DNA from: a virus
Direction: 5' to 3' (one strand)
Length of the DNA: 64,000 nt
IMG/VR virus record: IMGVR_UViG_3300045988_141926
Coordinates: 380-64,379 of that record
A program made the position numbers and the translations under genes. Positions 47,401 through 56,014 of the stretch are shown here, one piece after another; position 1 is the stretch's first letter; each line of letters opens with the position of its first letter. Below the pieces are notes generated by a model. It ran no database searches. It was not told where the DNA came from and saw nothing but the letters and a program-made list of their open reading frames with translations.

Positions 47401-47495
47401 AAAAAAAGTCTTGACAATCCCAGCGCAAGCTGTTATAATAGATAATGTCAGGAGGGCAAAGCCCTCAAAACCAAATGGAGAAAGGAATTGATACT

Positions 47496-47876
47496 ATGGC
47501 TAACACTAACACCACCACCCGCAAGCCCACCAAGCGCGATAATTTCACCGCCCTGCTGAAACTGTCCGAGGTCAAGGCTGACCCCAAGCTGGTGGAGTTC
47601 ATCACCCACGAAATCGACCTGCTCGACCGCAAGAACACCGTGGACAAGAAGCCCACCAAGACCCAGCAGGAGAATGAGGTCATCAAGACCACTGTCCTGT
47701 CCGCTATGGAGCGCGACCGCCTGTACTCCATCAGTGAGATGCTCAAAGAGTTCCCTGTCTGCAAGGACATGAGCAATCAGAAGCTGTCCTCCCTCGTTCG
47801 GCAGATGGTGCTGGACAAGCAGGTGGAGCGCGTGGAGGATAAGCGCAAGGCGTTCTTCCGCAAGGTGAGCGAGTAA
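47496..47876 (+). CDS. Cassette gene A1, 126 aa
   Basis: ELLDRKNTVDKKPT motif. The mRNA has a 5' stem-loop. Confidence 0.55.
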   Translation: MANTNTTTRKPTKRDNFTALLKLSEVKADPKLVEFITHEIDLLDRKNTVDKKPTKTQQENEVIKTTVLSAMERDRLYSISEMLKEFPVCKDMSNQKLSSLVRQMVLDKQVERVEDKRKAFFRKVSE

Positions 47877-47929
47877 ACCGCCCAAGGGTGGGGAGAAATC
47901 CCCACCCTATCCCCGAAAGGAGTAAGCGC

Positions 47930-48286
47930 ATGAATGAGCGTATTGCCGACCTTATGCGAAAGCTGGATTGCACCGAAGCCGAAGCCAAGGATATTATTGT
48001 CCAAGATGCTATTATCGACAAGGGCGGCAATCCGTTTCCGCTGACCGAGGAACAGGAAAAGGCAAGCAAGAAAGCGCGTGGAGTAGGACGCCAGCCGACC
48101 GCATACAAGTTCGCACCAAGAGAAAGAAAGGCTAATCTCACGAAGCAGGGCATTATCACCTTGCTGACCGAGACACTGACCACATACGGCGCGACTGACC
48201 TGAACGTGAGCAACGCGGAGCGCGAATTTTTATTCACGCTTGATGGAACAAAATACAAGGTTGTGCTGTCGTGTCCGCGCAAGTGA
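47930..48286 (+). CDS. Cassette gene B1, 119 aa, basic
   Basis: PTAYKFAPRERKAN motif. Confidence 0.55.
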   Translation: MNERIADLMRKLDCTEAEAKDIIVQDAIIDKGGNPFPLTEEQEKASKKARGVGRQPTAYKFAPRERKANLTKQGIITLLTETLTTYGATDLNVSNAEREFLFTLDGTKYKVVLSCPRK

Positions 48287-48317
48287 GGGAGAGAAATCTC
48301 CCTCATTTTTTTTGTGT

Positions 48318-48520
48318 ATTTTGACTATTGACAAATCCGGGCGCGCGTGGTATAATTCGGTCGCGCGTCCACGTATGTGGCGCTCGAAATTTCTATTATA
48401 CACCCCACTGGCAATTTTGTCAAGCGTTTTTTTGCACAAATTTCAAAGATTGAAAATCCCGTTTTTTGTAGGTATTGCCTATTGTAATTCTCCTGTAATG
48501 TGTTATAATGATGATACTGA
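48318..48520. promoter_or_regulatory. Convergent-promoter palindromic module, copy 5
   Basis: Same architecture. Third promoter TTGTAA-16-TATAAT. Confidence 0.6.
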
Positions 48521-48535
48521 AAGGAGCGATGAACG

Positions 48536-49219
48536 ATGGAGTTTCCGAGAGTTCAGGATTTTATCCTGATTATCCAGCAGGCGGTATCTGAAAAGCCTGT
48601 GCGGGTCAGAAGTGCTGACAGACTATCCCGCGCTATCCACCGAGAATATCCTAATGTCAAGATAGCTACCAGCAACGGCGCAAGCAAGGAATGTCTGGTA
48701 TTCCCTGATTTGGGCTATGTTCTCAAATGGTCTACGGAGACGCGGGACGCAGAGCGCGAAGTGGCTGTGTATAAGAAAGCCGTAGAAGCAAACCTCGCGG
48801 ATTTTTTCCCCGCCACCGAGTTGGCTGGCTACATTGTTCCCCCGCGTAAGTGTGATGACCCTATCGCGTTCACCGCTCAACAGATTATCACCAACAGCGC
48901 ACACAAAATCATGTGGAATGAGGGCGGGATAAAAACTCGTCTCTTGCGTATCGCAAAGACTGTCCCCGACTGTCGCATCAAGCAGATTGAGCGGCAGTTC
49001 CGCAAAGCCGACCTCAATGGCTATGGGCGTGAGCTGGACGGACTGTGGGCGAAAGTTGCCGTTTCTATCTACGGCAAGCGCAAGGTTATCGCCCTCTGTG
49101 AGTTCGTTAAAAAGTATCACATCAACGACCTCCACGGCTCAAACATCGGCTACATTGGCATTTCTCCTGTTATCCTCGATTTCTCCGGCTATGGCGTCTG
49201 TGATGGTTTAGAGTTTTGA
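48536..49219 (+). CDS. Protein-kinase-like fold phosphotransferase, 227 aa
   Basis: HINDLHGSNIGY and ILDFSGYG, plus a lysine in YVLKW and a glutamate in EREVAVYKK. Confidence 0.45.
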   Translation: MEFPRVQDFILIIQQAVSEKPVRVRSADRLSRAIHREYPNVKIATSNGASKECLVFPDLGYVLKWSTETRDAEREVAVYKKAVEANLADFFPATELAGYIVPPRKCDDPIAFTAQQIITNSAHKIMWNEGGIKTRLLRIAKTVPDCRIKQIERQFRKADLNGYGRELDGLWAKVAVSIYGKRKVIALCEFVKKYHINDLHGSNIGYIGISPVILDFSGYGVCDGLEF

Positions 49220-49264
49220 AAAAAACTCTTGACAAACAGCCCCGCCTGTGCTATACTAACATCG

Positions 49265-49612
49265 TGAGGTGAGAAAAATGAAATGGCGATTGTATCGTCC
49301 CCCTTAGTAGTCAATCATAGTTTGATTAGATAGTTTAATGATTGATTATATTTATACCCCAGCCAAGATGGAGTTTAATAGAGTGTTTGTCCCACTCAAT
49401 AATTTCTTCTCAACCGCCATCTTGAACCCCTCGTTAGAAATTGGGACTGGGTACGAAGTTCTAACCACATTCACCGCGTGCCAAGAAAGACCATCTATGT
49501 GGGCATTGCGCCCGTCTGATTAGGTCTGCTGTGTAGAAGTGGGCTGGCTGTCCGGACGGCTGGCGAACATCAACAGGGGAACCAGCGTAGTAGCCAACTA
49601 CGCTGGTTTATT
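49265..49612 (+). ncRNA. ~340-nt non-coding transcript candidate
   Basis: TTGACA-17-TATACT upstream and a terminator at ~49575-49612. Only a 61-aa ORF with no SD. Confidence 0.35.
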
Positions 49613-49617
49613 TTTGT

Positions 49618-49810
49618 GTATTTTGCCTATTGACAAATGCGCTCAAATGTGGTATAATGGGTCGGGCGCTCACGAACGTGGCGCCCGAAATTTCCATTAT
49701 ACCACGCGGCACAAATTTTGTCAAGTGTTTTTTTGCACAAATTTTAGATGTTGAAAATCCCATTTTTTGTGAGTATTGACTATTGTAATTTGCCCAAGGG
49801 TGTGGTAATA
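49618..49810. promoter_or_regulatory. Convergent-promoter palindromic module, copy 6 (canonical)
   Basis: Perfect consensus on both strands: 12-bp arms gtggtataatgg/ccattataccac and hairpin cgggcgc-N11-gcgcccg. Third promoter TTGACT-18-TGgTAATAT. Confidence 0.65.
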
Positions 49811-49988
49811 TATAATTGTTCCAAGGGAGAGGGCGAGAGCCTCCGGCGGGGCGTGTACCTTAAAAAAATTCCACAAATCCGAAAAAAAGTCTTGACAAGG
49901 CTTCGGATATGTGTTAGAATATAGATGTTCCAAGAGGGAAACAACAATAAGGTGGGCGACACCTAAAAACGCAGAAAGGGTTGATACT

Positions 49989-50408
49989 ATGACTAACACT
50001 ACTTCCTCTGTGCGCCTGACCAAGCGCGACTACTTCACCGCCATTCTGTCCAAGGTGGATATGGACGCCACTTATGACATTCCCAAGGGCGATGCCACTG
50101 TCAAGGTTTCCGGTGCTGATGTGGCGGGCTTCCTGAACCACGAGCTGGAACTGCTCGACCGCAAGAACACCGTGGACAAGAAGCCCACCGCCACCCAGCT
50201 GGCAAACGAGGGTATCAAGGCTGACATCAAGGCGTTCCTGGACGCCCACAAGGGCGAGAAGTACACCGTCTCCGCTCTGATGAAGTCTGTCCCCGCTATC
50301 GCCGATGCGTCCAATCAGAAGGTTTCTTCTTTGGTGCGTCAGATGGTCATTGACGGTCTGGCAGAGCGTATCGAAGATAAGCGCAAGGCGTATTTCACCG
50401 CCAAGTGA
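49989..50408 (+). CDS. Cassette gene A2, 139 aa
   Basis: Shares ELLDRKNTVDKKPT and QKVSSLVRQMV with A1. Confidence 0.55.
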   Translation: MTNTTSSVRLTKRDYFTAILSKVDMDATYDIPKGDATVKVSGADVAGFLNHELELLDRKNTVDKKPTATQLANEGIKADIKAFLDAHKGEKYTVSALMKSVPAIADASNQKVSSLVRQMVIDGLAERIEDKRKAYFTAK

Positions 50409-50472
50409 GACAAGAGGGGGGGGAGATAACCTCTCCCCCTCTCTCCCCTAAAATCTGAAAAGGCGGTGTTTT

Positions 50473-50871
50473 ATGGCTGACATTTCCAAAACCGAATGGC
50501 TGAAAAACGCTATGGCGAAAATGGGCTGGACTGCCGATGAAGCGGAAGCCGTGTGGAACTCTGACCGAGAAATCGACAAGGGTAAGAAACAGGATTTTGA
50601 CCTGTCGAAAGAACAGCTTAAAATCGCCCAAAAATTCGCCAAGACTGGCACACGCAAGACCCCCACCGCATACAAATTCACCACAAGGGAACGCAAGGCA
50701 AATCCCACAAAAGCGGCTATTATCGCTGAATTGGCAACATTTTTGACCGAAAATAGCGAAAATGCCTGCGAAAATGTGGAAATTACCAACAAAGAGCGTC
50801 AAATTGCGTTCAAAATCGGTGAAAACTCCTATGAACTGACGCTTGTGCAGAAGCGCAAGCCGAAAAGTTGA
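50473..50871 (+). CDS. Cassette gene B2, 132 aa
   Basis: Shares PTAYKF-RERKAN with B1. Confidence 0.55.
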   Translation: MADISKTEWLKNAMAKMGWTADEAEAVWNSDREIDKGKKQDFDLSKEQLKIAQKFAKTGTRKTPTAYKFTTRERKANPTKAAIIAELATFLTENSENACENVEITNKERQIAFKIGENSYELTLVQKRKPKS

Positions 50872-50921
50872 GAAAATGGGGGAGAAATCCCCCATTTTCC
50901 CCGGAAATCGAGGAAAAAAGT

Positions 50922-51266
50922 GTGAAAAACAAGGAATTTTTGTATGTTGGACACTATTATGATGAAAATGGCGTCTACATTCTGAAAATAGGCACGACTA
51001 ACGACTTAAAGCGCAGACAGCGAGAGCATACACGAAACTACAAGAAATCGCCTGTTTACCGTCTACCGAAAACTGGCAAGTTCATTTACGATTTTTCGCT
51101 ACCGCTCTCCAAGTACAATACTCTACGCTACGAGGACAAAAACCGTGAACGCTGGCAAAAACTGGGATACGGCGAGTTTGTGAGAAATGACAGATTTGCG
51201 TGTCCTGTGAAGCCGAAATCTGTTGAAATTACCATTCGTCGAACTTACCAAATCGCTCTCGATTGA
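50922..51266 (+). CDS. Small GIY-YIG domain protein (~115 aa, GTG start)
   Basis: FLYVGHYYDENGVYILKIGTTNDLKRRQREH. Confidence 0.5.
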   Translation: MKNKEFLYVGHYYDENGVYILKIGTTNDLKRRQREHTRNYKKSPVYRLPKTGKFIYDFSLPLSKYNTLRYEDKNRERWQKLGYGEFVRNDRFACPVKPKSVEITIRRTYQIALD

Positions 51267-51289
51267 GGGCGATTTTTTTTTATTTAATT

Positions 51290-51440
51290 TGACTATTGAC
51301 AACGCCCTCTGACTGTGGTATAATGGGTCGGGCGCTCACGGATGTGGCGCCCGGCATTTTTGTCAATACACATTTTCAACAATTTTTCCGGCGAAAGTTT
51401 GTATAAATTGACTATTGCATTTTGTCCCGAAATGCGCTAT
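51290..51440. promoter_or_regulatory. Degenerate copy of the convergent-promoter module (copy 7)
   Basis: TTGACA-17-TATAAT and a hairpin. The 3' arm is deleted. Confidence 0.45.
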
Positions 51441-51491
51441 ACTATAAACAATCTGAGGGAGCTGGAACCCACCAACAGCACGGAGGCATCT

Positions 51492-52100
51492 ATGAATAAG
51501 AGCCAGTTTTTTGACCACGAAATCGAGTTCATTCAGTCCGAGGATTTGCGCTCATTCGTGCGCTATTACTTCGATTGTATCGTTCCCGACTATTTCTGGA
51601 CTATCGGCGCGAGTTCTTCCGGCAAGTTCCATCCGGCTATGAGCCAAGGCGAGGGCGGTTTGGTACGCCACACTAAGGCGGTTGCGTGGTTTTGTGAGGA
51701 ATTGCTCCGCATGAGCCAGTGGGCGTATCTCACTGACGAGCGCAAGGACTACGCAAGAGTTGCCTGTCTGCTCCACGATACAGCCAAGTATGGTTTACAC
51801 GAGTTCGACAAGGAGTTGTACCCCAAGCACGGGGAAATGGCGGCTGACCAAGTACGCCGTTCGTGGCTGGTCTTTTTCGAGAGCGACTGCCCCTATGAGT
51901 TGACGCAAGCCATCAAGTCCCACATGGGTCAATGGACTACCGACAAGGCGAACAGACCTTTCACTCCTATTGATAGGTTGGTACACATGGCTGACTATGT
52001 GGCAAGCCGAGCGTTTATCGACATTCCGGCAATCAACGCTGACTATAACGACAAGGCGGAGTTAAACCAGATTGTGCCTGACCTGCCGTGGGAAGATTAA
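51492..52100 (+). CDS. HD-domain phosphohydrolase, 203 aa
   Basis: H...HD...D motifs. Confidence 0.55.
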   Translation: MNKSQFFDHEIEFIQSEDLRSFVRYYFDCIVPDYFWTIGASSSGKFHPAMSQGEGGLVRHTKAVAWFCEELLRMSQWAYLTDERKDYARVACLLHDTAKYGLHEFDKELYPKHGEMAADQVRRSWLVFFESDCPYELTQAIKSHMGQWTTDKANRPFTPIDRLVHMADYVASRAFIDIPAINADYNDKAELNQIVPDLPWED

Positions 52101-52134
52101 TTTGTTAAGGGTGGAGAAATCCACCCTTAATTTT

Positions 52135-52440
52135 TGTTCATTTTACCTATTGACAAATTGGGCCAGGTGTGGTATACTAAAAGGGGAGGTACAACGGGCC
52201 GAGCGCGGGCGCTGCGGTCCGAATTCCCGATCTGTACCCCCATATGGAAAATTTTCCGTAATTCTAGCGGCCTTCATATGCGCCCATATTTTCCCAAAAC
52301 CCGAGGCACCGCTCGGTACCCATATGCCGCCCGGTTTGACATAAAAAAAAATTTATGTTATAATGATAAAAAAAACCATTTTTTTTCTCACTTGACTTTT
52401 AAAAAAATTTTTTGTATAATATGTATATACAAAATGAAAA
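52135..52440. promoter_or_regulatory. Divergent copy of the convergent-promoter module (copy 8) with a 3x CATATG repeat, followed by two AT-rich promoters
   Basis: TTGACA-17-TATACT, then a GC-rich insert in place of the palindrome, then AT-rich promoters before the 52453 gene. Confidence 0.4.
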
Positions 52441-52452
52441 GAGGTTATTTTA

Positions 52453-52827
52453 ATGAATAAGAACGATATTCTGACGCGCTTAATGAATGGCGAGAGCGCT
52501 GAGGATATTGCTAAGGAAATGACTGCAATGCTGAATGACGCCACTAAGGCATATGCTGACCAGAAGAAGGACAAGGAAAAGATGGCCCGAGCGGAAGCGG
52601 TTGCCGATGCTATCAACGACTATGCGGCCTATATTGGCTACAAGGGTGCAGAGTTGAAGGGCGAGGACGTCATTAAGATGATGGACAGTTTCTTGAAGTT
52701 CTATAAAGACCTTCACAATTTCAAGATTGAGATTCCCGGTTTCCGTTTTGAGACGAGAACTGATAAGCCCACCAAGAAGGGCAAAACCGTAGATGAAATC
52801 CTCAACGACTGGATTTCTCGCATTTAA
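52453..52827 (+). CDS. Hypothetical protein, 124 aa
   Basis: SD AAGAGG. A long hairpin terminator lies at 52838-52900. Confidence 0.55.
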   Translation: MNKNDILTRLMNGESAEDIAKEMTAMLNDATKAYADQKKDKEKMARAEAVADAINDYAAYIGYKGAELKGEDVIKMMDSFLKFYKDLHNFKIEIPGFRFETRTDKPTKKGKTVDEILNDWISRI

Positions 52828-52837
52828 TTTCGAATAA

Positions 52838-52900
52838 CGTGTCGGCCCAGGTATTTTTCATTTGGGAAATTGGCGATTAGAATACCTGGGCTCGACGTTT
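52838..52900 (+). terminator. Long (~15-bp stem) hairpin terminator
   Basis: gtcggcccaggtattt...aatacctgggctcgac followed by TTTTTT. Confidence 0.55.
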
Positions 52901-53214
52901 TTTGGAAAGGGTATCTTGAAAAATTCAGAGGATGACGATAACGATGAAATTGAGTGATGAGTTGGTACCGAGCGGGGGCACCAAACTTCCATTATTTTCA
53001 TCATTCTTTTCATCCCATCATCATTCTACCATAATCATTTTGTTATTAAGAAAAAATATTATAAGGTTTCATTATTCGTTATTTACAACTATATTCATCA
53101 AACCCCGCTAATAGGTTTATTTAATCTAGTTTTATGGAGATAAAACAATAATCAAAAGACTTCGGACTCAAAAAAAAGCATCATAAGTTAAAAAGCATCA
53201 TAAGTCAAAAAAAA

Positions 53215-53250
53215 ATGGAGTGGTTTATCGCCACTCCATTTTTTTTATTC
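53215..53250. terminator. Bidirectional terminator
   Basis: aaaaaaaaatggagtggtttatcgccactccatttttttt. Confidence 0.5.
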
Positions 53251-53628
53251 CTTAAACATCAAATCACTTAAAATGTCATTATATGCTGATTCCAGGAGAG
53301 AATCAACGAGAGTTGAATCAACATTAAGGTTAATATCATTCTTGCCACTCTCATCACCCTCAGGACACACTAGTAGCCTGCCCACCGGCGAGGTTCGCTC
53401 TTGCTTTTTCCAAGGTGATTCCCATTTACGATTTAAACTACCATCTTCACTGATATTCGCAATCCAATAGCCATCAACAATGAGAGCATTATTACAATCA
53501 TACAAGACATAAACATTATCGCCCAAATCATCATACTTAGAGCGCACAATCACATCTCTACCTTTATAATTGCCAACTCTCTTACCATATTTATTTTTTA
53601 ATACATCATAACTGAATTCATTTTTCAT
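53245..53628 (-). CDS. Hypothetical protein, 127 aa
   Basis: ORF ending in TAA. Confidence 0.45.
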   Translation of the reverse strand: MKNEFSYDVLKNKYGKRVGNYKGRDVIVRSKYDDLGDNVYVLYDCNNALIVDGYWIANISEDGSLNRKWESPWKKQERTSPVGRLLVCPEGDESGKNDINLNVDSTLVDSLLESAYNDILSDLMFKE

Positions 53629-53805
53629 TTTTCATTTCATTTTTTCATTTCATTTTTCAAAATATCTACTCCCACCGGAGTTTTTCAAATGAAATTCCAA
53701 AATGGCACCTCCTACTTTTATATATAAATATTATATAATAATTTTATATATAAATCAAGTGCCATAATATTGCCCCAGGGTACGGGAACGAAGTCCCTGT
53801 CTGTC

Positions 53806-54286
53806 ATTTATTATAAATCTTATAAAATATATTATTTAATGCATCTCCTGCTTCTTCTGCACTACATCCCATAGCATTTACTTGTTTACTCAAATCCAAT
53901 AGAGAATCAAATATAGAGACATAACTATTATCATAAATATTATTAGGCTAAGCATAATCTGTCGTATCACTATTATTTATATAATCATTATCTTGATGAT
54001 ATCCAGTAGAACGAAAATCTACATTTAACTTTTGATTGCCCTTTCCGCCATAAACAACACCCTCGGGAGGTGCGAAGGGGCGGAGCTCCTCTGCGAAACA
54101 AATCTTTACTGGTTTATAGTTGTTAGGTAATACAAAATAAATTGTATCATCTTTTAAATATGTTTCTACTTTAATTGCCTTTTCAGGTACTTCTTCTTTA
54201 CAGCATCTTTGAAAATGCTTTACATACTTACTATTTACTTCCACAGGAATACTATATTCTCCATTTAATCCACTATGATAACCCAT
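53806..54286 (-). CDS. Hypothetical protein (~160 aa) with one in-frame TAG
   Basis: The fragment ORF 53948-54286 continues through a TAG to a TGA at ~53806. Confidence 0.4.
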
Positions 54287-54465
54287 TTTTATTTCTCCTT
54301 TTGTTCTTTATTTTTGTTCTCGTCTCTACGATTTTTACATCGGGAAAATTCCCAATGGGATTAAATAAGCCGGCGTCAGCCGGATTATTTAAGCCCACCC
54401 TCTATTGCCACAAACCTATTTCAACCCTCTATTACTATTTAATAGGTTTCTAAAAATTGACCACT

Positions 54466-54550
54466 TTTATAGAAAATTTTGACCACTTTATCTAACACCA
54501 TCAGAAAATTTTGACCACTTTTATCAGAAAATTTTGACCACTTTATTTAG
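54466..54550. repeat. Iteron array: 4x AAAATTTTGACCACTTT(T)AT
   Basis: Direct repeats with about 20-bp periodicity. Confidence 0.7.
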
Positions 54551-54797
54551 GGAGTTCGTTCTTCACCCACAAAAATTCAAGACACGTCTTATTATCTTCT
54601 AATATTTTTAATCTATAATCTAATAATCCTAAACGTTTAAGAATATCAATAGTATCATCAATTATAGCATTATTAGATGTAGTAGTTGTAGCAATACCAA
54701 TATATTCTTTAATCTATCTAAATGTAGCGATAAATGGCTAAAAACTACTAGTATAGTATTTATTAAACAAATAAATATATATATTTATACTATTCTT

Positions 54798-55172
54798 CTA
54801 AAATACATTCATCATTTTTAATAATGTATTATATTCAATTAAATTAGCTTCTGACCCATCTAATACTGTTAAATAATAATATTCATCGCCTTCATCACTA
54901 ACAAGATTTGAATCAATTAAATAAGAAAAATATTTCGCAATAGTTTTACGAGACATAGCTTTTTCAATAGTTCCATCACTTAATTCACGAGTAAAATCAC
55001 GCTCAATACTAGCCCATTTAACTTTCTTTTTCTCTATTCTACGGCGTGAAGTATTTACATTTTCTCGTTCAGAATTACATTGAAGCCAGGCATATAATAA
55101 ATCGCAATAATCCTTTTCTCGCACAATAGATGTAGTTGATGGCATTTGACGAGAGTTCTTTTTAATAACCAT
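54798..55172 (-). CDS. Small basic protein (~124 aa) flanked by iterons; candidate replication initiator or regulator
   Basis: SD GGAGG. Iteron arrays lie on both sides. Confidence 0.45.
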   Translation of the reverse strand: MVIKKNSRQMPSTTSIVREKDYCDLLYAWLQCNSERENVNTSRRRIEKKKVKWASIERDFTRELSDGTIEKAMSRKTIAKYFSYLIDSNLVSDEGDEYYYLTVLDGSEANLIEYNTLLKMMNVF

Positions 55173-55235
55173 AAATACCAACCTCCTTCCATAGAACAAT
55201 AAAAATTACGCCTTTTCTATTGAATGGTCCTGACC

Positions 55236-55385
55236 AGAATTTTTTAACCACTTTTATAGAAAATTTTGACCATTTTTATAGAAAAAATTACTCTTTTTTA
55301 TAGAAAATTTTGACCACTTTTATAGAAATTTTTGGACACTTTTATAGAAAATTTTGACCACTTTTATATCAAATGACCATTTTTG
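55236..55385. repeat. Iteron array: about 6x TTTTGACCACTTTTATAGAAAA
   Basis: Same unit as 54466-54550, with about 22-bp periodicity. Confidence 0.7.
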
Positions 55386-55467
55386 TCCGACACGGTAAGA
55401 CGCGGAAACGAAATTTCGTTTATCTCAACATTTTTATTCTAAATTTCGCTAACCGCTCTTTAATTGA

Positions 55468-55510
55468 TTTTTAATAAAAATTTTTATATAATATATATAT
55501 AAACAATAAG
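55468..55510 (+). promoter_or_regulatory. Class-II AT-rich conserved promoter, copy 1
   Basis: ttttaataaaaatttttatataatatatatataaacaataag. Confidence 0.45.
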
Positions 55511-55558
55511 AAATGAATTAACAACAGTTCAACTACAACTAATCAGGAGGTAATAAAT

Positions 55559-56014
55559 ATGGATGCTGGCTTTTATCGTTTCGACGTTCATTTCTTCGAT
55601 GGCGCTGAACAGAATGCCCACGGTTTCGTATATGCGAAGAATTACGCGAATGCCGTTGAGAAGGTTTGTGATATGGTTGATGATGAAGACATCGCGGATA
55701 TCAAGATTGAAGGTATGGAGCCCAGTGAAGTCCTCCTGATGCCCGACTGGATTGCCGACAAAATTACCAAGTATGACTACTTTTCCAGCGACTACGCGCG
55801 CGAGGACAAAAATGTTCAATTTAAGAATGTTAATTCTGTGCTGTCCGCAGAAAAGACTGATGAAGTTATGAAGGAGATTGAGAAGCATCTGACCAGTGGC
55901 AACTATGGCCCCTCCGACAAACTCCCTCTGTCTCAGCAGTCTATCGAATATATCAATGAGTGCGTGGCAAATGGTCTCCCTATCCAGATGCCAGACCATC
56001 GTGGTGAAATCTAA
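55559..56014 (+). CDS. Hypothetical protein, 151 aa
   Basis: SD AGGAGG. Confidence 0.55.
   Translation: MDAGFYRFDVHFFDGAEQNAHGFVYAKNYANAVEKVCDMVDDEDIADIKIEGMEPSEVLLMPDWIADKITKYDYFSSDYAREDKNVQFKNVNSVLSAEKTDEVMKEIEKHLTSGNYGPSDKLPLSQQSIEYINECVANGLPIQMPDHRGEI

Noticed and set aside
52230-52330. Three CATATG (NdeI) sites in 100 bp, as a possible cloning artefact
   Set aside because: They are embedded in a degenerate copy of the native module family and flanked by native promoters. A recent vector insertion would not also carry the module's promoter and hairpin.
53630-53660. Tandem ATGAAATGAAAAA repeats upstream of 53628, as a possible regulatory repeat
   Set aside because: Only about two units of AT-rich low complexity. 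Not distinguishable from slippage.
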